Source: an uncultured Gammaproteobacteria bacterium
GTDB lineage: Bacteria; Pseudomonadota; Gammaproteobacteria; DRLM01
Direction: 5' to 3'
Assembly: GCA_963729605.1 (NCBI GenBank)
Contig: CAVSNY010000007.1
Span: 416,001-480,000, forward strand
DNA length: 64,000 nt
This document shows, in pieces, positions 52,123 through 61,763 of this stretch (its first letter is position 1; every line of letters begins with the position of its first letter). A program made the translations under genes and the position numbers. Below the pieces are notes generated by a model. That model saw nothing but the letters and a program-made list of their open reading frames with translations. It was not told where the DNA came from and ran no database searches.

Positions 52123-52500
52123 ATGAAGCGGAAGGAAGAATACCTGGGCGCGCGCGTGCCGCGGGAACTTAAAGACAAAGTAATCGAGCGGGCTGAAACC
52201 TTAGGCATTCCCGTCTCCATTTTAATCCGCAACGTATTGGAAGAGGTGTTTCGCGACGGCGGGACAAATGCGCTTGGGCAATCCAAGCCAAGTGTCGATA
52301 TGGGAGCTGAAGCGCGTAATACCAGCGCGACGAATCAATTTCCCATGGTGCTTGGTTGGGAAGGTATCAAGCTTAATCGGGCTGTGGCCTGTTCCCGTTG
52401 CGGTGCGCGACTTCAAGCCGGAGCATATGTAACTTTAGGGTTCGGGTCGCCAGGACAGGAACACATAATATTGTGCGATGTATGCAAGGAGTCTATATAA
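52123..52500 (+). CDS. Ribbon-helix-helix DNA-binding protein with a C-terminal Cys4 zinc ribbon (start may be upstream)
   Basis: EYLGARVPRELKDKV...A...GIPVSILIRNVL RHH pattern, CSRC...CDVC. Confidence 0.7.
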   Translation: MKRKEEYLGARVPRELKDKVIERAETLGIPVSILIRNVLEEVFRDGGTNALGQSKPSVDMGAEARNTSATNQFPMVLGWEGIKLNRAVACSRCGARLQAGAYVTLGFGSPGQEHIILCDVCKESI

Positions 52501-52508
52501 AGTGGGGG

Positions 52509-53999
52509 ATGGGACTGCCGCAAAGATTCGCCGCGGTGCTGCTGATATTGTCGGTTTGGGCGGTATGGGGTGTCGGTTTTGCGCAAGGCGCTGATGAGGT
52601 AAATAACGATACCCCTTTATCCGAAGAGGGCGAGGCGAATGAGCAAGCAGACGGACCCTTCGATAGATTTTTGTCCGATATTCAGTTGAGCGGTTATCTG
52701 AAAAATGAAACCGCTTTTCGCTATCGTGAGCCGCGCGCTATTACCAAAATTCGCAATATCGCCTATTTCAACGCCAAATATCCCTATAGCTCCCGTTTTA
52801 GGTTTAATTTCTCCGGTTGGGCGTATTACGATTTAGCCTACGATCTCTTCGATTACGATACTATCGCCGCTCGATTTGAGCGTAATGATGACGAGCCCTT
52901 GGCGTTCATCGTCAACTTGCCGCGTGAAAAAGATTCGCCGGTCGCGGAGATTCGCGAACTTTATATGGATATGTTTTTGGGCGACATGGACGTCCGTCTC
53001 GGCAAGCAGTTTGTGGTGTGGGGCGTCTTGGAAGGGGTGCGCATCACCGACGAAATCAACCCCGTGGATTTTCGGGAACTGCTCATGCCCGAATTATTGG
53101 ATTATCGTATCCCGCTTTGGATGGCCAAACTCGACTATTACCGAGAAAACGCCTCCTACCAATTTCTCTGGATACCCGACATCCGTTTCCATAAACCGGC
53201 GCCGCCCGGTTCGGAATGGGAGCTGCTCCAAGAAGTGCCGGGGACTCGCTTTCCAGAGTCCTTCGATTACGAAAATGCGGAGATTGGCATGCGAGTCAGC
53301 ACCAATCGCTGGGATACTGAGCTCAGTTTCAGCTATTTATACACCTGGGATGACTTTCCCGTCGTGTTCCGCCGCGTGCGGCTTAATGAAGCCGACGCCC
53401 CTGAGTTTTATCCAACTTATACCCGCTTGTCGATGTATGGAGCGACATTTATCAAACAACTAAGCTCTTTTATCCTGAAGGGCGAAATGGCCTATGTGAC
53501 CGACAAGTATTTCGCCGTAGCGGATGTCGATAAAAACAGCGACGGCTTTCTCGATAGCAACGGTGAGTTCAAGCGCGATCATATCCGTTGGGGGCTGGGC
53601 GTGGATTATAACTGGGAAGGCATGGACATCTCGCCTAGCCTGGTCCAGTGGATAGTGCTCGATTATGACGAGGCGATCATCCAGGATGAATTCGATACCA
53701 GCGTCAATCTCTTTCTGCGCAAGGAATATCCGCAGAGTTCGATGCTCTTCCAATTTCTGGCGATTTATCTGATCAACCTCGAAGAGCTGTATCTGAAGCC
53801 GAAGTGGACGTTCCGCCTGACCGATCGTTTTCAAATCAGCACCGGCTTGGATATTTTCTTCGGCCAGAAGTCCCAATTCGGCGTCGCGTCGAGCACCGCC
53901 GTCCCCGAGGGCGTGGTGGTACGTGAACAGCGTGCGCAGTTCATTGGCAACTTCCATGACAATGATCGAGTCTTTCTGGAATTTAAATATGCTTTTTAA
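52509..53999 (+). CDS. Outer-membrane beta-barrel, DUF1302-like
   Basis: Signal peptide, IRELY.D, RLGKQ.VVWG, D.INPVD, NDRVFLEFKYAF terminus. Confidence 0.8.
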   Translation: MGLPQRFAAVLLILSVWAVWGVGFAQGADEVNNDTPLSEEGEANEQADGPFDRFLSDIQLSGYLKNETAFRYREPRAITKIRNIAYFNAKYPYSSRFRFNFSGWAYYDLAYDLFDYDTIAARFERNDDEPLAFIVNLPREKDSPVAEIRELYMDMFLGDMDVRLGKQFVVWGVLEGVRITDEINPVDFRELLMPELLDYRIPLWMAKLDYYRENASYQFLWIPDIRFHKPAPPGSEWELLQEVPGTRFPESFDYENAEIGMRVSTNRWDTELSFSYLYTWDDFPVVFRRVRLNEADAPEFYPTYTRLSMYGATFIKQLSSFILKGEMAYVTDKYFAVADVDKNSDGFLDSNGEFKRDHIRWGLGVDYNWEGMDISPSLVQWIVLDYDEAIIQDEFDTSVNLFLRKEYPQSSMLFQFLAIYLINLEELYLKPKWTFRLTDRFQISTGLDIFFGQKSQFGVASSTAVPEGVVVREQRAQFIGNFHDNDRVFLEFKYAF

Positions 54000-54100
54000 T
54001 ATTGCCCGGCATGTCGCGGTTTTGATGTGCGCAACCGTCGTTGAATGCGCGCTGGAGTTCGCGCCGCAACCGCGGCACTGACCGGATAGGTATCTTAATT

Positions 54101-56593
54101 ATGCTCAAGTCCATTACTTCCGTGGTCACCCGTTACCCCAAGCTGGTCATCGGCTTGATATTGGGCGTGACAATTTTTCTCGCGCTTCAGCTACCCAATT
54201 TGCGCTGGGAAACCGATGCGCGGGTTTATCTGCCTAAAGGCCACGCGGCGATTCTTTACGATGAAAAGGTCGATGAACTGTTCGGCGTCAAAGACGCGGT
54301 TGTCATCGGCATCGTCAATGATGAACACGGCGTATTTAACCCCAACACCCTGGCCCGCATCGCGCGCATCACCGAGAAGGTCGCGGCCTTGCCCGGTGTC
54401 ATAGCTGATCGCCCGGTGGATGTGGCCTCCTTGTCCACCGCGACGATGTTTACCGGCGACGACACCAGCATCGGCACCGTATTGCTGATGCCTAAAATAC
54501 CCGATGATGACGCGGTGGCGGCCCGCCTTAAAGAAGAGGTATTCGCCAACAGCGATTTGTTCGTCGGCAATTTGGTCTCGGCGGACGGCAAGGCGGCCAT
54601 GATCCGGGCTAAGCTGAAAGAAGGGCAAGCCAACCGCTATCAGACCTATTGGCAAATCCAAGGTATTTTGGCCCAAGAAAAAGGCGGGGCCGCCGGTGCG
54701 GGCGGATGGCAGCAAGGTGGGTGGCAGCAAGGCGGCGATGCGCAGGGTAAAGGCTGGCAACAAGGACAATGGGGCGGACAGTCGGCGCAAGATAAATCCG
54801 CGGCCGCCGAGCCGGTACCCGAGCTCAATGGCGATACATTTTATTTGGCGGGCCGGCCGGTGATCGAAGTGACGTCGGGCATGCATGCCATGGACGACAT
54901 GAAGGTGATGATCCCGTTGCTGATGGTGGCGCTGGCGATTACGCTGTTTCTGGTTTTCCGAACCGGGCGCGGGGTGTTTTTACCGCTGTTCGTAATGGGC
55001 GCGGCCATCGTATGGACCATGGGTATCATGGTATTGCTGGATGTGCCTTTGTACACTATATCCACCATGTTGCCGGTGATCCTGGTGGCGGTGAGTATCG
55101 GCGATGCAGTGCATCTCATGAGCCATTATTACGATCATGTGCTCGAAGACGCCCACCAGCCCAGCGCCACCATCGTTACCGACATCATGAATAAACTGGG
55201 CGCGCCCTTATTGACGACCTCGGTAACCACCGCGGTGGGTTTTCTCACGCTGTTTTTTGCCGAAATGCCGCCCTTCGTGGTGTTTGGAATGTTTACCGTG
55301 CTAGGCATCGCCGTGAGTTGGCTGTTGACCGTGACATTTATTCCGGCGATGTTGACCATGATGCAGCCCAAGGTGGGCGGCTATCTGGCCAAGCGGCGGG
55401 CCATGCGAATTCACACCGAGCAAAATCGCCTGACGAAATGGCTGGTACAGACCGCCACTTTTTTGCATCGGGCCCGGCATGCGGCCATGGTTATGTTGCT
55501 GGTGCTGGTGGTCGTCGCGGCTTGGGGCGCCACCAAGTTGTACGTGGACTCGAGTTGGATGAATGACTTTCGCCAGGACAGCGAATTGGTCATGGCCAAC
55601 AAGATGCTGAACGAGCGTTTCGATGGCGCGATCTTTTTAAATGTGGTGATCGAAGGGGCGCGGAAAGATGCTTTTAAATCCCCCGAACTGTTGAAGCGGG
55701 TCGAGGCCTTGCAGGCCTACGGTGAAACCTTGCCCTATGTGGGCAGCGGCCGTTCGATAGTGGACTACATTAAAAATATGAATATGACCTTGCACGCCGG
55801 TGATAAGGCCTACAATGTCATTCCCGAGACCGAGGCTCAGATAGGCGAATATCTTTTCTTATTTTCCGTGTCGGGGCGCCCCCAGCAGTTGGACGAAATC
55901 ATCGATTACGATTATAAGACGGCGTTGCTCACCTTCATTATTAAAACCGATCATACCCAAGATCTACAGAACATCATCAAAGGCCTCAAGCAGCAGGCTG
56001 ATGAGACGTTCGCTGGTCATGACGTGAAGGTGAATTATGCGGGCTCGGCCAACAACTCTTATATCTGGGCCGGCTTGTTGATCGACAGCCAGATGAACTC
56101 CATCATGATGTCGAAGATCGCCATTCTGTTGATCGCGATAGTCTTGTTCCGTGCGTTCAAGGCGGGTTTGTTCACGGTGATCCCGGTCACCTTGACTACC
56201 ATGTTTATAGCCGGATATTCAGGATTCGCGGGGATTCCCATCGACGTATCCACCGCCTTGGCCGCCGGGGTGGCGGTGGGCGTGGGCGTCGATTATGCGA
56301 TCCATTTTATTTATCGCTATGAAGAGGAATACCGGCGTTTCGGCGATGCCCTGTCGGCGGCTCAGGCGACCATGCGCAGCGTGGGCAAGACCGTCGTCTT
56401 CAACGCCGTGGTGGTGACGGTCGGATTCTCTGTGTTGTTTTGGTCGCAGTTCCCGCCTCACGTCAAGCTGGGTTATTTCGTCGTGGCGTATATGGTGATC
56501 AGTTGCGTGGTGGCCTTGGTAGTGCTGCCATTGCTGTATTATTTTCGTTATCCGCTCGAGCCGAAAGCGATGGAGGAGAGGGCGCATGCCTAA
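54101..56593 (+). CDS. MMPL/RND-family exporter
   Basis: Two TM bundles with periplasmic loops, IGDAVHL, GVGVDYAIHF, and a Gly/Trp/Gln-rich insertion. Confidence 0.9.
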   Translation: MLKSITSVVTRYPKLVIGLILGVTIFLALQLPNLRWETDARVYLPKGHAAILYDEKVDELFGVKDAVVIGIVNDEHGVFNPNTLARIARITEKVAALPGVIADRPVDVASLSTATMFTGDDTSIGTVLLMPKIPDDDAVAARLKEEVFANSDLFVGNLVSADGKAAMIRAKLKEGQANRYQTYWQIQGILAQEKGGAAGAGGWQQGGWQQGGDAQGKGWQQGQWGGQSAQDKSAAAEPVPELNGDTFYLAGRPVIEVTSGMHAMDDMKVMIPLLMVALAITLFLVFRTGRGVFLPLFVMGAAIVWTMGIMVLLDVPLYTISTMLPVILVAVSIGDAVHLMSHYYDHVLEDAHQPSATIVTDIMNKLGAPLLTTSVTTAVGFLTLFFAEMPPFVVFGMFTVLGIAVSWLLTVTFIPAMLTMMQPKVGGYLAKRRAMRIHTEQNRLTKWLVQTATFLHRARHAAMVMLLVLVVVAAWGATKLYVDSSWMNDFRQDSELVMANKMLNERFDGAIFLNVVIEGARKDAFKSPELLKRVEALQAYGETLPYVGSGRSIVDYIKNMNMTLHAGDKAYNVIPETEAQIGEYLFLFSVSGRPQQLDEIIDYDYKTALLTFIIKTDHTQDLQNIIKGLKQQADETFAGHDVKVNYAGSANNSYIWAGLLIDSQMNSIMMSKIAILLIAIVLFRAFKAGLFTVIPVTLTTMFIAGYSGFAGIPIDVSTALAAGVAVGVGVDYAIHFIYRYEEEYRRFGDALSAAQATMRSVGKTVVFNAVVVTVGFSVLFWSQFPPHVKLGYFVVAYMVISCVVALVVLPLLYYFRYPLEPKAMEERAHA

Positions 56594-57476
56594 GACGCGG
56601 CGCCTACTCTGGGCGTTCTCGATCATGGCGGTAATGGCGACCGGCGCCTCCGCTGAAGAGAATCCTCGCGCCTGGGGTCTGTCTCCCTATATCGGTGTGC
56701 ACCATCCCGGTTTGGAGAATCTCAATAACGGTCAGTTTCGTTCTCCTTATCAAGGCACCGCCGACATCATCGACGATTTGGGATTTAACACCCCGACCGG
56801 ATTCACCTATCGAAATCCTATGCCTGAGCTCGAGCCCGGGACACTGGCGGGTTTGGAGTTTCTTTGGAATATTAACGACAAACATGTCCTGTTGATCGGC
56901 GGCGGTTCATGGGAATCTACGTCGTTCGCCACCGCTGAAGGTATGTTCCCGGTGCAGGGCGCCCTTGAATCCGCGGTGTCGCAACGCAAGGGCGATCTCT
57001 CTTATACCGAATTCTATCTGGGTTGGCGTTACAATGCGATCCGCAAGCCGAAAAAATACAACCTCTATCTGCGGCTGTCGGCGCACGAAGTGTTCGACAT
57101 CGATTATCGTGAAGATTTTTCCCTGTTGTTTTTGAGCGGTCCGCCGCGCAGCTTTCGTAAATCCTTAGTGGTGCAGGCGCAAGCCACCGGTTTGCTTCTA
57201 TTGCAGGGCGGCGGCGGCGGAGAGTGGTTTATCAACGACTGGTTATCGTTGGGGGCGGAGGCCGGCTACACCTTCGGTATGAAGGAAATGACTTTGGGTG
57301 ACGGCCGGGTCTCCACGGACTTCCGCTCTACGGACAATTTGTTTTTGGAAGTCCCCATCGTCCCCGGCAACGACGGACGTATGCAATATAAAGTGGAGTC
57401 GGGCGGGGAATATCGCCAGTTGAGATTGAAGTTTGACGGCTGGAAGGCGCTGCTCAAGATCACGCTTTATTACTGA
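56586..57476 (+). CDS. Hypothetical outer-membrane beta-barrel protein
   Basis: Signal peptide, amphipathic strands (GGEWFINDWLSLGAEAGY), aromatic C-terminus ITLYY. Overlaps the MMPL stop. Confidence 0.7.
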   Translation: MPKTRRLLWAFSIMAVMATGASAEENPRAWGLSPYIGVHHPGLENLNNGQFRSPYQGTADIIDDLGFNTPTGFTYRNPMPELEPGTLAGLEFLWNINDKHVLLIGGGSWESTSFATAEGMFPVQGALESAVSQRKGDLSYTEFYLGWRYNAIRKPKKYNLYLRLSAHEVFDIDYREDFSLLFLSGPPRSFRKSLVVQAQATGLLLLQGGGGGEWFINDWLSLGAEAGYTFGMKEMTLGDGRVSTDFRSTDNLFLEVPIVPGNDGRMQYKVESGGEYRQLRLKFDGWKALLKITLYY

Positions 57477-60241
57477 TGAGGCTTGAGAGAGTGATGCGCT
57501 CGCAATCGACAAAATATTCGACCCATCACCGCGCGGGAACCGGGCGCTGTTTTGCCGCCATTTTATTAATGCTTTGCTCGTTGTGCGGTGTCGCCGCCGC
57601 CGAGGATGCGCCGGTTGCGCCGCAATCCGGCACGGCCGAGCTGATGGAGGAGGGACGGCAGCTCTTGCAACAAAATGAGTTGGCGCGCGCGCTACAGATA
57701 TTCGAGGAGGTATTGGCCGTCGCTCCCGCCAATGCGGAGGCCTTATTTAATGCGGGCACCTTGTATTTGCGTATGAATGAAGTGGAGCGCGGTTTGGATT
57801 ATCTGCGTCGCAGCGCGCAACTGGTCCCGGATAATTTTAGAGTGCGCTTGGTGTTGGCGCAGGCTTATGAAAATTTGCGTCTGGTGGATCAGGCTATCGA
57901 AGAATATCGGCGGGTGGTCGGTATCACTCCCAATAGCCAGGAGGGCCGGGAGGCGGATAAACGCAGTCGGATTTTGATCGGCAAAAAATACGGCGAGCAA
58001 GGTGACATCGAACGCGCCTTGCAGATATTCAACGCGGTACTGTCCGAATATCCCAACGACGCGCCGGTGTTGGTCGATGCCGGTTTGTCGAATCTGTTGC
58101 TCAACCGGCTGGACGATGCTCAGGCGCAATTGGAACGCGCCATATCGCTGCAACCGAATCACCCGATGGCGCATAAATATCTGGGCGACATTTACGATCG
58201 CAAGGGCGATCTGATCCGTGCCGAAGAACACTATCAAAAAACCATGCAGTTGGTGCCGATGGGGTCGGCGCCGGCGCGCCAAGCGCAATTCAAGCTGACC
58301 TTGATCGGTGGTTTGCGTGCGTTGAGCAATGATCAGATGGCGGAGGCGGTACGCCTCTTCGAAGAGGCGCTGGCCATGGAGCCCGGCAATGCGCTGGTGC
58401 GACTTAATTTGGCGACGGCTTACCGCGGTATCGGTCGGCAGACGGAGGCCGAGCAACTGTTGCGCGGATTGCTCGAGGAAAACCCCTCGGATCTGGATGC
58501 GCGTTTGCGTTATGGTGCCTTGTTGTTCGAGGAAGGCAAACTCGATGAGGCGGCCCGCGAACTGGAAGAGGTGATGGCCAAAGGCCAGGGCGGTTCTCAG
58601 GCCCGCCAGGCGGGGCAGTTCCTCACCGAATTATATAAAACCGCGCAAGGCAAGGAGGTGCAGAACCGGATCGTGGAGGAACGGATCGCCGCACGCCGGG
58701 CCCTGGTCATCCAAGACCCGGACAATCGCGAGGCATGGTTGGACTTGGCGGTGATTTATCTCAATTTGCGCCGCACTCCGGAGGCGACCGAGGCCTTTGA
58801 AAACGTCATTCGTTTGGACCCCGCCCATGAGCGGGTGCAGCATACCTTGGCGGAGTTGTACGATGAGCAAGGCAATTATTCCAAGGCGGTGCCGGCTTTC
58901 ACCCGGGCCTTGGAGTTGACGCGCGACGACGAGGTCAAAAAGAAAATTCAGAAGCAATTGGTCTTGGCCTTGGCCAAGAAGGCTTATACTGAAGGCAAAT
59001 TCGATCAAGCCAAATCACAGTTCAAGAGCATCATCAGGGATGACCCCGAGAATTATGTCGCGCATTTCTTTATGGCGCTGTTGCATGCCCGCGACGAGCA
59101 GTTTGAGAATGCCGCCGCGGAATACGCCGAGGTGATTCGCATCGTGCCCGGGCATTTGGGCGCGCGTTTGAATCTGGCGCTGGTTTATGAACAGTTGGGG
59201 CGGGAAGAAGACGCCCTCCCCGAATATCGCGCCGTGATGCGCGCCGGACCGGCGGAGATGGCGCAGGCCGCCAAAAAACGTCTGGACAGTTTGCAGAAAC
59301 GCATCGACGGTTTTACCTACCGGGTCGGCTATGTGATGAGCTGGGATAACAACAGCAACTTGAGCGAGGCGAATCCCGCGGACGAATTGCGTTCCGACCT
59401 CAGCGGCGGCGTTACTTATCGCCATAAACTGCGCGGTAAGCGAGTTACCTGGGGGGTGAGTTATAATCCCGCCTATACCGTTTTTCACAATGGCCAATAC
59501 GATTTCGCGATCACCGAGGTGGTGCCGTTCGTGGCGGGCACCTGGCGTGATTATGATTTTTCCACTAATTATAGCTACAGCCGGATGGACGGGTTTCTGA
59601 ACGAGGAGCTGGTCAACGAATCCTCGACCTTTTACGCCGACGCCCTCAAACGTTTAAAAATGCGTCCTTGGCTGCCCTTTTTGGCGCAGGATTTGAAGCA
59701 AGTGCAGAGCGCATTGCAGATCAATGTCAGTTACCGCCATTTTGAATCGGATTCGTCGCCCTTGTTCAATGCCGACAGTTATTCGTTGGGAGGATTACTC
59801 AATCAATCCCTCGCCAACGGCTGGTCGTGGACCGGCACTTACGGATTCACCGACAACACCAACGCCTTGGCCATCGGTAATGATTTCGCTTACACCAGCC
59901 ATAGCCTGTCATTACAACTCAGCAAATTTTTGTTTCCGGGCATGAGCGCCAACGGCGGCTACAGTTACAGCTATTCTCTTTATAAAAACCCCGACTCCGT
60001 CACCCGTTTTCGGGAGAACCGCATCAACCATTTTCATTCGTTGTCGATGGGCTTCAATTATTTCATCAACGAACAGCTGCGATTCTTCATGAACTATTCA
60101 TTCCAGCTAAACCAATCGAATCTGCCCATCGGTTTCATCGTCCGTCCCGAGGATGTGAGCACCGCGGTAGGCCTGCAAAGCCCGTCCCTGGGGAGTTATC
60201 AGAAGCAGATGCTGGGTTTAGGCATATCGGTCAATTTCTAG
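57476..60241 (+). CDS. Multi-TPR protein with a C-terminal outer-membrane beta-barrel
   Basis: Signal peptide, about 570 aa of TPR repeats, WDNNSN barrel start, ends LGISVNF. Confidence 0.85.
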   Translation: MRLERVMRSQSTKYSTHHRAGTGRCFAAILLMLCSLCGVAAAEDAPVAPQSGTAELMEEGRQLLQQNELARALQIFEEVLAVAPANAEALFNAGTLYLRMNEVERGLDYLRRSAQLVPDNFRVRLVLAQAYENLRLVDQAIEEYRRVVGITPNSQEGREADKRSRILIGKKYGEQGDIERALQIFNAVLSEYPNDAPVLVDAGLSNLLLNRLDDAQAQLERAISLQPNHPMAHKYLGDIYDRKGDLIRAEEHYQKTMQLVPMGSAPARQAQFKLTLIGGLRALSNDQMAEAVRLFEEALAMEPGNALVRLNLATAYRGIGRQTEAEQLLRGLLEENPSDLDARLRYGALLFEEGKLDEAARELEEVMAKGQGGSQARQAGQFLTELYKTAQGKEVQNRIVEERIAARRALVIQDPDNREAWLDLAVIYLNLRRTPEATEAFENVIRLDPAHERVQHTLAELYDEQGNYSKAVPAFTRALELTRDDEVKKKIQKQLVLALAKKAYTEGKFDQAKSQFKSIIRDDPENYVAHFFMALLHARDEQFENAAAEYAEVIRIVPGHLGARLNLALVYEQLGREEDALPEYRAVMRAGPAEMAQAAKKRLDSLQKRIDGFTYRVGYVMSWDNNSNLSEANPADELRSDLSGGVTYRHKLRGKRVTWGVSYNPAYTVFHNGQYDFAITEVVPFVAGTWRDYDFSTNYSYSRMDGFLNEELVNESSTFYADALKRLKMRPWLPFLAQDLKQVQSALQINVSYRHFESDSSPLFNADSYSLGGLLNQSLANGWSWTGTYGFTDNTNALAIGNDFAYTSHSLSLQLSKFLFPGMSANGGYSYSYSLYKNPDSVTRFRENRINHFHSLSMGFNYFINEQLRFFMNYSFQLNQSNLPIGFIVRPEDVSTAVGLQSPSLGSYQKQMLGLGISVNF

Positions 60242-60267
60242 CGAGTGTCGCGCACGAGGAGAAGAGG

Positions 60268-60888
60268 ATGATGGCGGCTCAGGTCGTTGATCGCGCCGAG
60301 TTCGATGCCTTGGTGGCCTTCCATGGTTGTTATTGTCTGGATATCGCCTTGGGATACCGGGTGGTGAAGGCCTTGCAGCGCGAGATGGGTGAGGATATGC
60401 GCAATCTGAAACAGGTCGTTGCTTATGCCGGTGCGCCCACTTGCGCGGTGGACGCCGTGCAGCAGCTCGCCGGCTGTACCTTGGGCAAGCGCAATCTGTA
60501 TTACACCAACACCGGCAAATCCACCTTTGTGTTTCACAATACCGTGACCGCTAAAGCGGTGCGGGCCTATTGCCATTATTGGGACGACTTCGATCACGAG
60601 GCCTTGCGCCGCTGCCGTAAAGAAGCCGCCGATCCGGCGACCGGCACGCCGGAAAAGAAGCAGGCCCTGCAAACCTTGCTGGAGCGCGAAGTGGACAAGA
60701 TTCTCGGCTTGCCCGAGGACGAGTTGTTCACCCTGTCGCGAGTGACGTTGCCGGTGCCGCCCAGGTTTTCCAAGTACCGCTCCGAGCCCTGCGCGGCCTG
60801 CGGCGAATACGCCAAGCATGATCTGCTAGTGGAGCGCGCCGGCCGCAAACTCTGCGCGGAATGTTGCGCGGCAGATAACAACGACTAG
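60268..60888 (+). CDS. FmdE-family protein with a C-terminal zinc finger
   Basis: FHGCYC...G.R, CAVDAVQ..GCTLGKRNL, CAACGE...CAEC. Confidence 0.85.
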   Translation: MMAAQVVDRAEFDALVAFHGCYCLDIALGYRVVKALQREMGEDMRNLKQVVAYAGAPTCAVDAVQQLAGCTLGKRNLYYTNTGKSTFVFHNTVTAKAVRAYCHYWDDFDHEALRRCRKEAADPATGTPEKKQALQTLLEREVDKILGLPEDELFTLSRVTLPVPPRFSKYRSEPCAACGEYAKHDLLVERAGRKLCAECCAADNND

Positions 60889-60915
60889 CCGATCAATGCG
60901 CCGTCGCTGAAAAGC

Positions 60916-60940
60916 AAAAGGGGCCGCGGCCCCTTTTTTT
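60916..60940. terminator. Bidirectional terminator between convergent operons
   Basis: AAAAGGGGCC-GC-GGCCCCTTTTTTT. Confidence 0.85.
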
Positions 60941-60963
60941 CATGAACAAAACGCCGGGCGTGT

Positions 60964-61731
60964 TTAATCGCGCAGGGTGTTGAAGGCCGACACCGCCCAC
61001 CATAACGCGGCGACGGTGAATCCGGTGAGGATCAACAGCGCCGTGCCGAACGCGGCTAAATCCGGCGTGCCCACCAGCACCGCGCGCACTGCCTCCACCG
61101 AGTAGTTGATGGGGTTGATCATGGAAATGTATTTGATCCAGCCGGGCATGAAGTCGGCGGGCACCAGCGCGGTGGAAAAAAACATCAAGGGCAGGGTCAT
61201 CAGATTGCCGATAATCACCAGCGGCTCTTCCCGTTGCAGGGCGATGGCGAAGCCATTGGAGATCGCGGCGAAACACAGTCCCAGCAACACCACCACCAGC
61301 ATGCTCAAGCCCAGATAGACCGGATTGAGATTGAGCTTGGCGCCCATGGCCCAGGCCACGATCAGCATGATCAAGACCTGCACCACCACTTGCGCGGTGG
61401 AGTGCAGCACCCGGCTCAGCACGATCGCCACCCGCGACACCGGCGACACCAGCATCTTGTCCACGGTGCCGGATTGAATCTCGCGCAACAGGCTCACCCC
61501 GCTCCACGACGAACCGAACAGCACGGTCATGATCAACACGCCGGGCACGAAGAAATCCATGTAATTGTCGGTGGGGAAGCCGGGCAGCTGGGTGATGTTC
61601 TTGAATAATTGGCCGAAGATGATCAGCCAGATCAGCGGCTGCACCAAGGTGAAGAGCGTCCACATCGGCATGCGGATGGTGATCTTCATGTATTTGTTGA
61701 ATAGATGCCACGTGTCGGCGAGCATGAGCAT
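60964..61731 (-). CDS. ABC-2 type exporter permease (DrrB-like)
   Basis: QPLIWLIIFG, FFVPGV, EIQSG...LVSPVSR, FFSTALVP, NPINY.VEAVR. Confidence 0.9.
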   Translation of the reverse strand: MLMLADTWHLFNKYMKITIRMPMWTLFTLVQPLIWLIIFGQLFKNITQLPGFPTDNYMDFFVPGVLIMTVLFGSSWSGVSLLREIQSGTVDKMLVSPVSRVAIVLSRVLHSTAQVVVQVLIMLIVAWAMGAKLNLNPVYLGLSMLVVVLLGLCFAAISNGFAIALQREEPLVIIGNLMTLPLMFFSTALVPADFMPGWIKYISMINPINYSVEAVRAVLVGTPDLAAFGTALLILTGFTVAALWWAVSAFNTLRD

Positions 61732-61763
61732 TCCTCTGGAATTTTATCGGTGACCGAGCGTGG

